From: Chthoniobacteraceae bacterium | GTDB taxonomy: Bacteria > Verrucomicrobiota > Verrucomicrobiia > Chthoniobacterales > Chthoniobacteraceae | Assembly: GCA_037190965.1 (NCBI GenBank) | Contig: JBBCKI010000025.1 | Location: forward strand, 1-47,235 | DNA: 47,235 nt | Direction: 5' to 3' | Shown here: in pieces, positions 20,975-30,270 of the stretch | Layout of the letters: each line of letters starts with the position of its first letter | Position numbering within the stretch: position 1 is the stretch's first letter | Translations under genes and position numbers: made by a program | Notes under the pieces: model-generated | The model's database searches: none | Told to the model about the DNA's origin: nothing | The model's input: the letters and a program-made list of their open reading frames with translations, nothing else

Positions 20975-21135
20975 TTGGGGTATTGATTGGCGTCAGTTTG
21001 GCGTCAGACGTTAGCTCATCTTCGGGCTCGCGCCAGCGGAAGGCGGTGCGGTTTGGTTTTTGGTTTTCGACCGGCACCGCACGCAATGGGAAATCACTTC
21101 CGATTCTTCCGTGAAGCAATGGGGGGAAAGATTTC

Positions 21136-21894
21136 GTGAGAGGGGTTATCTGGGGGATATGCGGAGTGATTGTAGCGGGAGTGCTGGCATCGGCACCGCG
21201 TACGGAACGGGATGCAAAAATTGCCGCCGTGCAAACGCTGCTGCGCGAGCAACGGCTTTACCCGGGAGAAATCACCGGAATCAATGATCGGGAGACGGAA
21301 GCCGCGATCCGGCGATTCCAGATGCTCCGCTCCTTACGGGTGACCGGAAGCCTCAATGAAGAGACGCTCGCACGGATGAATCTCCCCACCGCGTCTCCAC
21401 CCCCCGCCGCCGTCGTGGAAGCGGACCGGGAGTTCCTCAGGGGCCTCCAGGCACCCGCTCAACCGCCGGTGGCTGAAGCCACAGGCGAGGAGAATGTGCC
21501 CCGGGCAGTACCGGCAAACGCGCTCCCCATTCCTCGGGAAACGGTGAGAAACTTTCTCGGTTTATACCTCAAAGCCGCATCGCGAAAGGATCCGCAACCC
21601 GAGCTGACCTACTACGCGGACGAAGTGGACTACTTCGATCAAGGCCGTGTCAACCGCGAGAAGCTGGCGGAAGAACTGGACCGATCCCATCAAGGAAAGC
21701 TACCGCGCATGGAGTTGCTGGACCTTGAAACGGTCGTGGAGAGTTCCCCCAATACGGTCGAAGCAAGGTTTACTGTCCGTACCACCCCACCGGGGAAACG
21801 ACGCGCGTTCATCGAGAAACGGGAGGCGACTCTCCAGCGCTCTCCCGGGGGCGCTGTGAAACTGATACGGGTGGCGCGGGCCGGCCCGGAGTGA
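21136..21894 (+). CDS. Peptidoglycan-binding domain protein with NTF2-like C-terminal region
   Basis: VQTLLREQRLYPGEITG..TEAAIRRFQ..LRVTG PG_binding_1 pattern; YYADEVDYF C-terminal domain. Confidence 0.7.
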   Translation: MRGVIWGICGVIVAGVLASAPRTERDAKIAAVQTLLREQRLYPGEITGINDRETEAAIRRFQMLRSLRVTGSLNEETLARMNLPTASPPPAAVVEADREFLRGLQAPAQPPVAEATGEENVPRAVPANALPIPRETVRNFLGLYLKAASRKDPQPELTYYADEVDYFDQGRVNREKLAEELDRSHQGKLPRMELLDLETVVESSPNTVEARFTVRTTPPGKRRAFIEKREATLQRSPGGAVKLIRVARAGPE

Positions 21895-21957
21895 TTCCCG
21901 GAGGAACTTTTAGGCAACAGGCCAAAAAATCGTCCGCTCCGAATCGGTTTTGAAAAC

Positions 21958-22536
21958 ATGCCTATGAAAACTATCATTTCCTCGATCTGCGGGGCGGTGC
22001 TGCTGGTAGTGGGCGTCGGTTGTGCCTCGGGGCCCTACTACGCGCCGATCGCGGAGCGTGCGCCTTACAATTGCCGTCGCCCGCTTCTCTACGCCAGGGC
22101 CACCCCCGAACCGTGCGAGATTACCCGCACCCAGGAGGCCTGGTGCATGAGGCGCGCCGCACTTCGACGGACAGCGGCCATCGAAGCCGCCGAAGCCGCT
22201 ATCTATACGTCCACCCCCGCGCGCCCTACCGGAACGGGAGTTTCAACCTTTATGCCGCCCATGGGAACAATGACGCCGGGGCCGGGAATGTGCGCACCCC
22301 CGGGGTCGGCAGGACCGATGGGGCCGGGGATCGTCCCTCCGGGGCCTCCGCTGGGGCCTTCCCCCGTGGCGGAAAGATATGGGAATGGAGCGCCCATGGC
22401 GGCTCCCGTGCCAGGGAAGCCCGGCTATGTGGTGAGCCCCTATTCTCCAAACTCCGGTTATGTGGATGTTTCCGGCATGACACCGGGAAGCGAAGCCCGT
22501 GATCCTTATTCCGGGAAGATCTTCCGTGTTCCTTGA
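21958..22536 (+). CDS. Proline-rich lipoprotein, function unknown
   Basis: Lipobox VGVGC; C-terminal PVPGKPGYVVSPY..YVDVSG..DPYSGKIFRVP. Confidence 0.7.
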   Translation: MPMKTIISSICGAVLLVVGVGCASGPYYAPIAERAPYNCRRPLLYARATPEPCEITRTQEAWCMRRAALRRTAAIEAAEAAIYTSTPARPTGTGVSTFMPPMGTMTPGPGMCAPPGSAGPMGPGIVPPGPPLGPSPVAERYGNGAPMAAPVPGKPGYVVSPYSPNSGYVDVSGMTPGSEARDPYSGKIFRVP

Positions 22537-22555
22537 AAAAGAGTGGATCGATGAA

Positions 22556-22590
22556 AAAGAAAAACGCCGGGGTTCCCCAGAACCCCGGCG
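22556..22590 (-). terminator. Intrinsic terminator after the OMP gene
   Basis: CGCCGGGGTTC/GAACCCCGGCG 11-bp stem with an A-run on the + strand side (U-tract on minus). Confidence 0.75.
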
Positions 22591-22633
22591 CACACATGCC
22601 CAACAATACCCAACACTGACAGTCTAACAGTCT

Positions 22634-23347
22634 TTAGAAGACGAAACGGATACCCCCACGCGACTGGGAGATATCGTTTTTGCCCTTACCGGTGAAAATC
22701 CAGCGCCAGTCGCCGAAGACACCGAAGTTCGGGGTAATGCGCCATTCCAAACCGGCACCCGCATCACCGAAGCCGACCTTCTCCCCGTCGAAGAGACCAC
22801 CGCCGCCGCCGAAGATATAGGGGGCAAAGCAGACGTTACAGAGTTCGACAGGGTAGCGAAGGATGAAGTTAGCCGTCACCTGGTGAGCCACCGATTTATC
22901 GGAGCTCTTCCGGGTGCGGTCCTTGCGCTTGGTCCTTCTGACCCAATCGTCTTCGTTGTCATCCCACACCCACCGTTTGCCGTCGTTGACGCGATCGCGC
23001 CGGGTGTGGTGGGTCTCGACACCATCCCACCAGTTCCCTTCCACGCTGATACCGAAGTACCGCGCGAAGAAGTAGGTGAGCGCAACCCCGCCCCCGCTGC
23101 CATCCCGATAACGCTCAAAGCTGCTGGAGCGATGGCGGCGACGATCGTTGTGGTCGTCATGGTTACCGCCGGGCCGGGCGTCGTTATACGAGTAGAAGAG
23201 GTCGAGCGTAAACTCCTGATCCCTGAAGCAGGGAGGAGGAAGAGCGACAGGTTGTTTATATTCCTTCGACGTCACCACGGTCACACCCGCGAAGGCCGGT
23301 GTCACGACCGCGCATGCCGTCAAAAGGCTCAATGTCAATTTTTTCAT
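22634..23347 (-). CDS. Small outer-membrane beta-barrel protein
   Basis: Signal peptide, amphipathic strands (PYIFGGGG, AGAGLEWRIT), terminal GIRFVF. Confidence 0.8.
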   Translation of the reverse strand: MKKLTLSLLTACAVVTPAFAGVTVVTSKEYKQPVALPPPCFRDQEFTLDLFYSYNDARPGGNHDDHNDRRRHRSSSFERYRDGSGGGVALTYFFARYFGISVEGNWWDGVETHHTRRDRVNDGKRWVWDDNEDDWVRRTKRKDRTRKSSDKSVAHQVTANFILRYPVELCNVCFAPYIFGGGGGLFDGEKVGFGDAGAGLEWRITPNFGVFGDWRWIFTGKGKNDISQSRGGIRFVF

Positions 23348-23571
23348 GTAGTGGTTTTACTCCGTTGGTTTGTTTGTGTGTGCGATGGCAAATCGCCCGC
23401 CCATGAGCAAAGGAAAGTTCAATTGCTCAATCAAGCTGTTTTAACTCCGTGTCACTTATGGGGGAAACCCTGATGCGCAGCCGTTTGACGCAGGGGTGCC
23501 TGCAGGCCATGACCGGTGTTCCCTCGATAGGGAGGAAACCCGGGCAGTTCAAAGTCGATGCAAGTTTGCCA

Positions 23572-23599
23572 TTGAATTTCTCTTTGAGAGGCATAGAGT
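23572..23599 (+). promoter_or_regulatory. Putative sigma70 promoter of the prs operon
   Basis: TTGAAT-N16-TAGAGT upstream of the prs ATG. Confidence 0.4.
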
Positions 23600-23626
23600 C
23601 AGCGCTCCTTTCGTCAAAAAACCGCC

Positions 23627-24589
23627 ATGCTTCGCCAGTATTCCGAGTTAAAAATCTTCTCCGGTTCAGCCCATCGTGAGCTGGCTCGACGCATTGCTCA
23701 CTGTGTGGGCGTCCCGTTGGGCGACGCGACCGTTGATTCGTTTCCCGATGGAGAGACGTACGTAAAAATCAACGAGAACGTCCGTGGCCGCGATGTCTAT
23801 ATCGTCCAGCCGACCTGCCCGCCGACCAACCAGAACCTGATGGAGCTGCTCATCATGGTTGATGCCGCCCGCCGCGCCAGCGCGGACCGGATCACCGCGG
23901 TGATTCCCTTTTTCGGCTACGCCCGCCAGGATCGCAAGGATCAGCCGCGCGTGCCGATCACGGCGAAGCTCATCGCCAACCTGCTCACCGCCGCCGGCGT
24001 CGATCGCGTTTTGACGGTCGATCTTCACGCCCAGCAGGTCGCCGGGTTCTTCGACATCCCGGTGGATCATCTTTACGCCCTGCCGGTACTCCATAAGTAC
24101 TTGAAGGAAAAATTCGCCAACGAGAATCTCGTCGTCGTGTCGCCCGACGTGGGCGGTCTCAAAATGGCAAGCGCCTATTCCCAGGCCCTCGGCGCAGGGT
24201 TGGCCATCGTCGCCAAACGCCGCAAGAGCGCCACGGAAATCGAGTCTCTCTACGTCATCGGCGAGGTGGAAGGCCGGAACGTCCTTATCATCGACGACCT
24301 CACCGAAACTGCCGGAACCTTGACAAGCGCGGCCTCGATCCTTAAGAGGCACGGCGCAAGAGACATCTACGCCGGAGTTTCGCATGCCGTGCTTTCGGAC
24401 ATGGCGATCGACCGCCTCAAGAAGTCCGAGATCAAGGAACTGATTACGACAAACAGTGTGCCGGTCCGCACGGGCGACGATGTGCCCGTCACGGTTCTAT
24501 GCATTGCGGAACTCCTCGGCGAAGGGATCAAACGGATTCATAGTGACGAATCCGTCAGTTCGCTATTCGAAATCAACGGAAAAAAGTAA
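23627..24589 (+). CDS. prs: Ribose-phosphate pyrophosphokinase
   Basis: FPDGE, YARQDRK, DLHA, VSPDVGG, IIDD..TAGTL. Confidence 0.98.
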   Translation: MLRQYSELKIFSGSAHRELARRIAHCVGVPLGDATVDSFPDGETYVKINENVRGRDVYIVQPTCPPTNQNLMELLIMVDAARRASADRITAVIPFFGYARQDRKDQPRVPITAKLIANLLTAAGVDRVLTVDLHAQQVAGFFDIPVDHLYALPVLHKYLKEKFANENLVVVSPDVGGLKMASAYSQALGAGLAIVAKRRKSATEIESLYVIGEVEGRNVLIIDDLTETAGTLTSAASILKRHGARDIYAGVSHAVLSDMAIDRLKKSEIKELITTNSVPVRTGDDVPVTVLCIAELLGEGIKRIHSDESVSSLFEINGKK

Positions 24590-24592
24590 GTT

Positions 24593-25240
24593 ATGGCCAA
24601 ACAAGTCAAGCTCGCCGCGCAGCCCCGCTCTGAAGTGGGTCGCGCCGCAGTCAAAAAAATCAAAAGCCAGGGTTTTGTCCCTGCGGTGATCTATAGTCAT
24701 CGTGAAACCCCTGTACACCTCAAGGTCGTGGAGCGTGAAATCAGCACGATCCTCGCGCACGCCGCAGGCGAGCACTTCCTGGTCGACCTCGACATCGCTG
24801 GCGCTCCCGCCGGCCAGATGGCGATCGTGCAGGAAGTCCAGCACCACCCGGTGACGCAGAAGATCCTCCACATCGATTTTCACGGCGTTTCCGCCAACGA
24901 AGAGATCGAGTCGAGCATCCCTGTCGAGCCGGTTGGCGAGTCCGTCGGCGTCAAGAGCTACGGTGGCATCCTCGAGCAGCTCCTCCGCTCGATCAACATC
25001 AAGTCGCTGCCGAAAGATCTTCCTGAAATCATCAATGTTGATGTCAGCGGCCTGAACATCGGCGAGTCCATCCACGTCAAGGATCTCCAGCTTCCCGCGG
25101 GAGTTAGCGCTACCGACGATGGTGATGTCACCGTCTTCCTCGTGGCTGAACCGAACGTGGCTGCCGAAGCCCCGGCCGCCGCTGCCGCCGCCCCGGAAGT
25201 CATCAAAGAGAAGAAGCCCGCCGGCGAAGAGAAGAAATAA
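24593..25240 (+). CDS. rplY: 50S ribosomal protein bL25 (Ctc long form)
   Basis: GFVPAVIY, VQHHPV..ILHIDF, GGILEQ, IHVKDL. Confidence 0.95.
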   Translation: MAKQVKLAAQPRSEVGRAAVKKIKSQGFVPAVIYSHRETPVHLKVVEREISTILAHAAGEHFLVDLDIAGAPAGQMAIVQEVQHHPVTQKILHIDFHGVSANEEIESSIPVEPVGESVGVKSYGGILEQLLRSINIKSLPKDLPEIINVDVSGLNIGESIHVKDLQLPAGVSATDDGDVTVFLVAEPNVAAEAPAAAAAAPEVIKEKKPAGEEKK

Positions 25241-25831
25241 TTGGAAGCCGCTCCGCAGAACTCCCGCCCCCCTGGGTTCCGCCTCATCGTGGGGCTTGGC
25301 AACCCGGGCCGGGAGTACGAGCGGACGCGGCATAACGTGGGGTTTATGGTGCTAGATAGACTCGTCGCAGAATCCGGTGCCCAGTGGCGCACGGAACGGG
25401 AGTGGAAGGCCGAAGTGGCCGCCCAACCCAAAGAACGCGGCGTGATCTATTGCAAGCCCACAAGCTTCATGAACCTGAGCGGCAAACCGGTCGCCGCCGT
25501 GGCGCGCTTCTATAAAGTGCCCCCGGCGGAAATGCTCGTGGTCTACGACGATCTCGCGCTTCCGCTCGGCAAGCTCCGGTTTCGCCCCGGCGGATCGGCG
25601 GGAGGCCACAACGGCATCGCGTCGATCATCGAACACCTCGGCACCCGGGAGGTGCCGCGCCTGCGAATCGGCATCGGCGGCTCAGGGGACGAGGGAATGG
25701 TTTCCCACGTTCTCGGTCGCTTTTCCCCGGCGGAGATGCCCGCGCTCGAAGACGCCCTCAACCGGGCGGAAAAAGCCATCGCGTTTGCTCAAACCCGCGG
25801 CATAGAGGCCGCAATGAATCAGTTTAACTAA
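25241..25831 (+). CDS. pth: Peptidyl-tRNA hydrolase
   Basis: LIVGLGNPG, TRHNVGF, MNLSG, GGHNG, RLRIGIG. Confidence 0.97.
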   Translation: MEAAPQNSRPPGFRLIVGLGNPGREYERTRHNVGFMVLDRLVAESGAQWRTEREWKAEVAAQPKERGVIYCKPTSFMNLSGKPVAAVARFYKVPPAEMLVVYDDLALPLGKLRFRPGGSAGGHNGIASIIEHLGTREVPRLRIGIGGSGDEGMVSHVLGRFSPAEMPALEDALNRAEKAIAFAQTRGIEAAMNQFN

Positions 25832-25834
25832 GCC

Positions 25835-26146
25835 ATGAAGAACCGTTACGAAGCACTCCTCGTCCTCAGCACCAAAGGCGGCGACGAAAACGTCAAAGAG
25901 ACTGTTGAACGCCTGGAAGGCGAATTCAAAAAAGAAGGCGCCAAGATCGAGTCGATCCAGAAGATGGATCGCCGCCAGTTCTCCTACACCGCCGGGAAGC
26001 TCGACTCGGGCTTCTACGTCAATTTCATCTTCGAAGCCGAGGCAACCGCCATCGACAAGCTTCGCTCCAAGTTCAAGCTCGATAGCGAAGTCTATCGTCA
26101 CAACTACAAAAAGCTCGCCGCCCGCAAGGCGGAAGCGGCGGCCTAA
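25835..26146 (+). CDS. rpsF: 30S ribosomal protein bS6
   Basis: RYEALLVL..G.YVNFIF..RH pattern; between pth and ssb. Confidence 0.9.
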   Translation: MKNRYEALLVLSTKGGDENVKETVERLEGEFKKEGAKIESIQKMDRRQFSYTAGKLDSGFYVNFIFEAEATAIDKLRSKFKLDSEVYRHNYKKLAARKAEAAA

Positions 26147-26202
26147 CACGCCCAGACTCAACGTCGCAACAGCGTCCAACCGTCAACCTTTGGAGGATAT
26201 CT

Positions 26203-26712
26203 ATGGCCAGTCTCAATAAAGTCATGATTATCGGGAATCTCACCCGGGACCCCGAGATCCGTTACACCCCCAAGGGCACGGCGGTTGCCGAAATCGGCGT
26301 TGCCGTCAACCGGCGGTATACCGCCGATAATGGCGAGAAGCGCGAAGAGACCACCTTCGTGGACGTAACCCTCTGGGGCCGCACCGCCGAACTGGCCGGT
26401 GAGTACCTCAAGAAGGGCCGCTCCGTCTACATCGAAGGCCGGCTTCAGCTCGATAGCTGGGACGACAAACAGACCGGCCAGAAGCGCAGCAAGCTGCGGG
26501 TCGTCTGCGAAGAGATGCAATTCCTCGGCGGCCGCGAAGGCGGCGGTGGAGGAGGCGGCGGCGGGGGCGATTACGAAGCTCGGGAAAGCCGCGAAGCCCG
26601 CCCCACCCAGCGTTCCTCCTATGGAGGTGGAGGCGGAGGCCGCCCTTCGGCCCCACCCAAGCCCCCGATGGATCCCGACCTCGACGTCGAGGGTGACGAT
26701 ATCCCGTTCTGA
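26203..26712 (+). CDS. ssb: Single-stranded DNA-binding protein
   Basis: NKVMIIGNLTRDPE, EGRLQ, Gly-rich tail ending DDIPF; GGAGG RBS. Confidence 0.98.
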   Translation: MASLNKVMIIGNLTRDPEIRYTPKGTAVAEIGVAVNRRYTADNGEKREETTFVDVTLWGRTAELAGEYLKKGRSVYIEGRLQLDSWDDKQTGQKRSKLRVVCEEMQFLGGREGGGGGGGGGGDYEARESREARPTQRSSYGGGGGGRPSAPPKPPMDPDLDVEGDDIPF

Positions 26713-26739
26713 CCCTGTATCGATGCAGCGTTAAACTTC

Positions 26740-26770
26740 AAAAAGAGCACCGGATTTCCGGTGCTCTTTT
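26740..26770. terminator. Bidirectional intrinsic terminator after ssb
   Basis: AAAAGAGCACCGG-ATTT-CCGGTGCTCTTTT perfect stem with A/T tails. Confidence 0.85.
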
Positions 26771-26781
26771 CGCGTCCGGAC

Positions 26782-27288
26782 ATGGAAAAGTCTTCCAACA
26801 AAGATGGGCACGTTCCCGAGGCTGGAATCGGCTTGCTGGCGGTCGTTTTTGCTCTCTTCTTCGCGAGCATCTTTCTCTTCTATCCGGCGTGGAAAACATC
26901 CCAGGCTGAAGGATGGAAGGCGGTTCCGTGCAGGGTGATTTCGGGTGAACTCGTCAGGGGCCGTTCTTCATCTGGGCGGCACGGCACCTCCCGTACGACC
27001 TATAAAGCGGAAATCCGCTATTCCTATTCCTTCAACGGCAGGGAATATGAATCGGATCAGGTCTGCTTCCTCCATTCCGCGAGCAATCATGTTGAACGCC
27101 ATCAGGACTTTTTGAAGCGATTTCCGGCGGGAAGCGAGCGAAGTTGCTTTGTCGATCCCGAGTTTCCATCCGAGGCGGTCCTGGACCGGGGATTTAACGG
27201 TAATCTTTGGGGGGCCGGATTTGCATTACTGGTCGCCCTCTTTGGCGGAATCCAGTTTGTCCGTGCGTTGAAGAAGGAGTCATGGTGA
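26782..27288 (+). CDS. DUF3592-like membrane protein
   Basis: Two TM helices flanking W..V..RVI..Y.AEIRYSYSFNGREY..VDPEFPSEAVL. Confidence 0.7.
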   Translation: MEKSSNKDGHVPEAGIGLLAVVFALFFASIFLFYPAWKTSQAEGWKAVPCRVISGELVRGRSSSGRHGTSRTTYKAEIRYSYSFNGREYESDQVCFLHSASNHVERHQDFLKRFPAGSERSCFVDPEFPSEAVLDRGFNGNLWGAGFALLVALFGGIQFVRALKKESW

Positions 27289-27534
27289 AAGTTTCTGAAG
27301 CATTCATCTCTTGCCGATAACCTCACCGACAAAACCGAAGCGCAGTGGCTTGCCCGTGAGATAAGCCGTCTGTGCGGATTGAAGCAGGTGGCCTGAGAGG
27401 AAGGCGGGGGACCGCTTGAATCTGCGGGTTCCTTCGGGAGAAGGAGGCTTCGAATTTCCGTTTTCCCAGTTCCTCATCGGGAGGCGGAAAATCTTCTTTC
27501 GGCTTTTGGCACTTCCTGATTTCCTTACCCCTTC

Positions 27535-27819
27535 ATGAATGCCGATTTTGATGTCCGTTACACGGCCGGTCTGGCCCGGCTGACTCTGAGCGAAGAGGAA
27601 ATCTCCAAGTTCCAGGCGCAGCTTTCGCAGGTGCTGGAATACGTGGATAAGCTCAAGGCCGTGGATGTCTCCCAAGTGGAGGCGACCGCCTACGCAAACC
27701 CGGTTTTCAACGTGGTGCGCGAGGATGAGCCCCGCGACTGGTTCTCCCCCAAGGAGGCGCTCTCCAATGCGCCCCGCCAGGCCAACGGCCTTTTCAGCGT
27801 CCCGAAGGTGATCGAATAA
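27535..27819 (+). CDS. gatC: Asp/Glu-tRNA amidotransferase subunit C
   Basis: LARLTL..L..VDVS..REDEP..NAP..FSVPKVIE. Confidence 0.95.
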   Translation: MNADFDVRYTAGLARLTLSEEEISKFQAQLSQVLEYVDKLKAVDVSQVEATAYANPVFNVVREDEPRDWFSPKEALSNAPRQANGLFSVPKVIE

Positions 27820-27844
27820 GCGACTTGCTCCGCTCTGTTACGCC

Positions 27845-29296
27845 ATGTCTTTGACTTCTCTTTCCGTTTCCGAACTTCAGGAAAAACTGCGCGCCAAAGA
27901 GGTTTCCCCCGTGGAAGCCGTGGAGGCGCTGGAATCCCGCATCGCCGCCGTTGACGGCACGGTGGCGGGGTATCTCTCCCGCGATGTCGAGGCCGCCCGC
28001 GCCGCCGCCGCCAACGCCGATGTCTCCCTGCCGCTCGGCGGGGTCCCCATCGCCATCAAGGACGTCATCAACGTCCAGGGCGAACCGCTCACCGCCGCCT
28101 CCCGGATTCTCAAGGGCTACATCGCCCCTTACGACGCCACGGTGATCTCCCGGTTGAAAGCAGCGGGAGCAATCCCGTTTGGGCGGACCAACATGGACGA
28201 GTTCGCCATGGGCTCGTCCACGGAGAACTCTTCTTTCGCCCCGACCCGCAACCCGTGGGACCTCTCCCGCATCCCGGGCGGCTCCAGCGGCGGCTCCGCG
28301 GCGGTCGTCGCGGCCGATGAAGCCTTTGCCTCGCTCGGCTCCGATACCGGCGGTTCGATCCGCCAGCCTGCCGCGCTCTGCGGTTGCGTCGGGCTCAAGC
28401 CGAGCTACGGCCGCGTCTCCCGCTTCGGCCTCGTGGCCTTCGCTTCGTCGCTCGACCAGATCGGGCCTTTCACCAAGACGGTGCGCGACGCGGGGCTTCT
28501 CCTCAACGTCCTTGCCGGGCGCGACAAGATGGATTCCACCAGCCTGGACGTGGCGGTGCCCGATTACACCGCAAAGCTAGGGGAAGACCTTCGCGGCGTG
28601 CGGCTCGGCATGCCGAAGGAATATTTTATCGGCGGCACCGACCCGCAGGTCGATAAAGCGGTCCGCGACGCCATTCGACACTACGAGTCGCTCGGCGCGG
28701 AGATCGTCGAGATTTCGCTCCCGCACACCGATTACGCCGTCGGGGTCTACTACATCGTCGCGACCGCCGAGGCGTCCGCCAATCTGGCTCGTTTCGACGG
28801 CGTGCGTTACGGCCATCGCGCCGAAGGGGCCGCCAACATCCTTGAGCACTACGGAAAGACCCGCGAAGAGGGGTTCGGGCCCGAGGTGAAGCGCCGTATC
28901 ATTCTCGGCACGTACGTGCTCAGTTCAGGCTATTACGACGCCTACTACCTCCGGGCGCAGAAGGTCCGCACGCTCATCCGCAACGACTTTACCGAGGCGT
29001 TCAAGAAGGTGGACGCGATCATCTGCCCAACGTCACCCGAGCCGGCCTTCAAGATCGGCGATCGCTCCGACGACCCGCTCCGGATGTATCTGGCCGACAT
29101 TTTCACCATTGCCGTGAACCTCGCGGGTGTCTGCGGCATCAGCGTCCCGTGCGGATTCGCGCAGGTGGACGGGAAAGCATTGCCCGTCGGGCTCCAGTTG
29201 ATCGGCAAACCTTTCCAGGAAGCCGAACTTTTAAAAATTGCGCATGCCTACGAACAGAGCACCCCTTGGCATCGCTCGCGCCCGGTGATTTCCTGA
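27845..29296 (+). CDS. gatA: Asp/Glu-tRNA amidotransferase subunit A
   Basis: Amidase signature GGSSGGSA, GSDTGGSIRQP; RIILGTYVLSSGYYDAYY. Confidence 0.98.
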   Translation: MSLTSLSVSELQEKLRAKEVSPVEAVEALESRIAAVDGTVAGYLSRDVEAARAAAANADVSLPLGGVPIAIKDVINVQGEPLTAASRILKGYIAPYDATVISRLKAAGAIPFGRTNMDEFAMGSSTENSSFAPTRNPWDLSRIPGGSSGGSAAVVAADEAFASLGSDTGGSIRQPAALCGCVGLKPSYGRVSRFGLVAFASSLDQIGPFTKTVRDAGLLLNVLAGRDKMDSTSLDVAVPDYTAKLGEDLRGVRLGMPKEYFIGGTDPQVDKAVRDAIRHYESLGAEIVEISLPHTDYAVGVYYIVATAEASANLARFDGVRYGHRAEGAANILEHYGKTREEGFGPEVKRRIILGTYVLSSGYYDAYYLRAQKVRTLIRNDFTEAFKKVDAIICPTSPEPAFKIGDRSDDPLRMYLADIFTIAVNLAGVCGISVPCGFAQVDGKALPVGLQLIGKPFQEAELLKIAHAYEQSTPWHRSRPVIS

Positions 29297-29458
29297 GGTA
29301 AGTTACCGAGAATCAAGAATTTGGGCTTCCTTCACGATAGATGAACCAAACCCCGGTCAAAGCGGCGAACACGCGGGAACTCCCGCGTGTTCGAAACCAT
29401 GGACTGGACAAGGGGGATGGATCGTGAATAGCCTTCGTCCGCTTTTTAACCCAGCACT

Positions 29459-30091
29459 ATGAGTTCTCTTTTGTTCAAGCGGTTCCTGGCTCGGCCCTTG
29501 CAAGTCGCTTACATCCTCCCAAGCTCCAAGGCGCTGATTCGAAAGGTGATGAGCAAGCTCGATTTCTCGCAGCCGCGCATCATCGTGGAGTTTGGCCCCG
29601 GCGAAGGATGCCACACCCGGGAGCTCGCGCGGCAGATGCACCCCGATTCGCGCCTGCTCCTCTTCGAGTTGGACCCAGAACTGGCGGACCACCTGAAGGA
29701 GCAGTTCGCGGGTGATCCGCGCGTGGAAGTGCTCAACACCAACGCCGCCAACCTGAAAGAGGAACTCAGCAAGCGGGGGATCGAGTTTTGCGATTACGTC
29801 GTCTCCGGCATTCCGTTTTCGATCCTGGATCTGACGATAAAGCGGAACATCCTGCGCGCGGTATACGATTCGCTGGCTCCAAACATGGATTCCGCGTTCG
29901 TGATCTACCAGTGCACCAATGAGCTGAAGCAGCACGCCACGATGTTCACCCGGATTCAATCCGAGTATTTTATCCAGAACATCCCGCCCATGGTGGTGAC
30001 GGTTTACCACAAGCAGGCCGCCCAGAACGGCAACGGCACCAACGGGTCTCATCACGGCAGCAAGAATATCGCCGGTAGCGCGGGCCGGTAA
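29459..30091 (+). CDS. Class I SAM methyltransferase, PmtA/OlsG-like lipid N-methyltransferase
   Basis: P....ILPSS, VEFGPGEG, VVSGIPF, NIPP motifs. Confidence 0.7.
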   Translation: MSSLLFKRFLARPLQVAYILPSSKALIRKVMSKLDFSQPRIIVEFGPGEGCHTRELARQMHPDSRLLLFELDPELADHLKEQFAGDPRVEVLNTNAANLKEELSKRGIEFCDYVVSGIPFSILDLTIKRNILRAVYDSLAPNMDSAFVIYQCTNELKQHATMFTRIQSEYFIQNIPPMVVTVYHKQAAQNGNGTNGSHHGSKNIAGSAGR

Positions 30092-30136
30092 GGCCGCGCG
30101 TAAGGTGTAAAAAGGCAAAACGTGCGCCTTCGGCGT

Positions 30137-30248
30137 GGCGGCGTCGCGGAGCTCCGCCCTCCGCCCTCCGTCGAGGGCGCTACCGCGCCAGCCGCTGCAA
30201 GCGTAGGGCTGCGTGATTTTTCGGAGGGCGGAGCTCCGCGACGCCGCC
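30137..30248. repeat. REPIN-like element, family B copy 1
   Basis: GGCGGCGTCGCGGAGCTCCGCCCTCC and inverted GGAGGGCGGAGCTCCGCGACGCCGCC, between convergent genes. Confidence 0.85.
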
Positions 30249-30270
30249 CCCCTGCCACAGACCCTCTCCC

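Noticed and set aside
23348..23626. Possible tRNA-Gln upstream of prs, as in many bacteria
   Set aside because: No cloverleaf or T-arm consensus found by eye
26530..26645. GGC/GGA-rich low-complexity tract
   Set aside because: Encodes the ordinary Gly-rich SSB linker
27289..27534. Possible T-box or riboswitch upstream of gatC
   Set aside because: Only weak hairpins; no T-box motif (UGGNACC) or terminator/antiterminator pair
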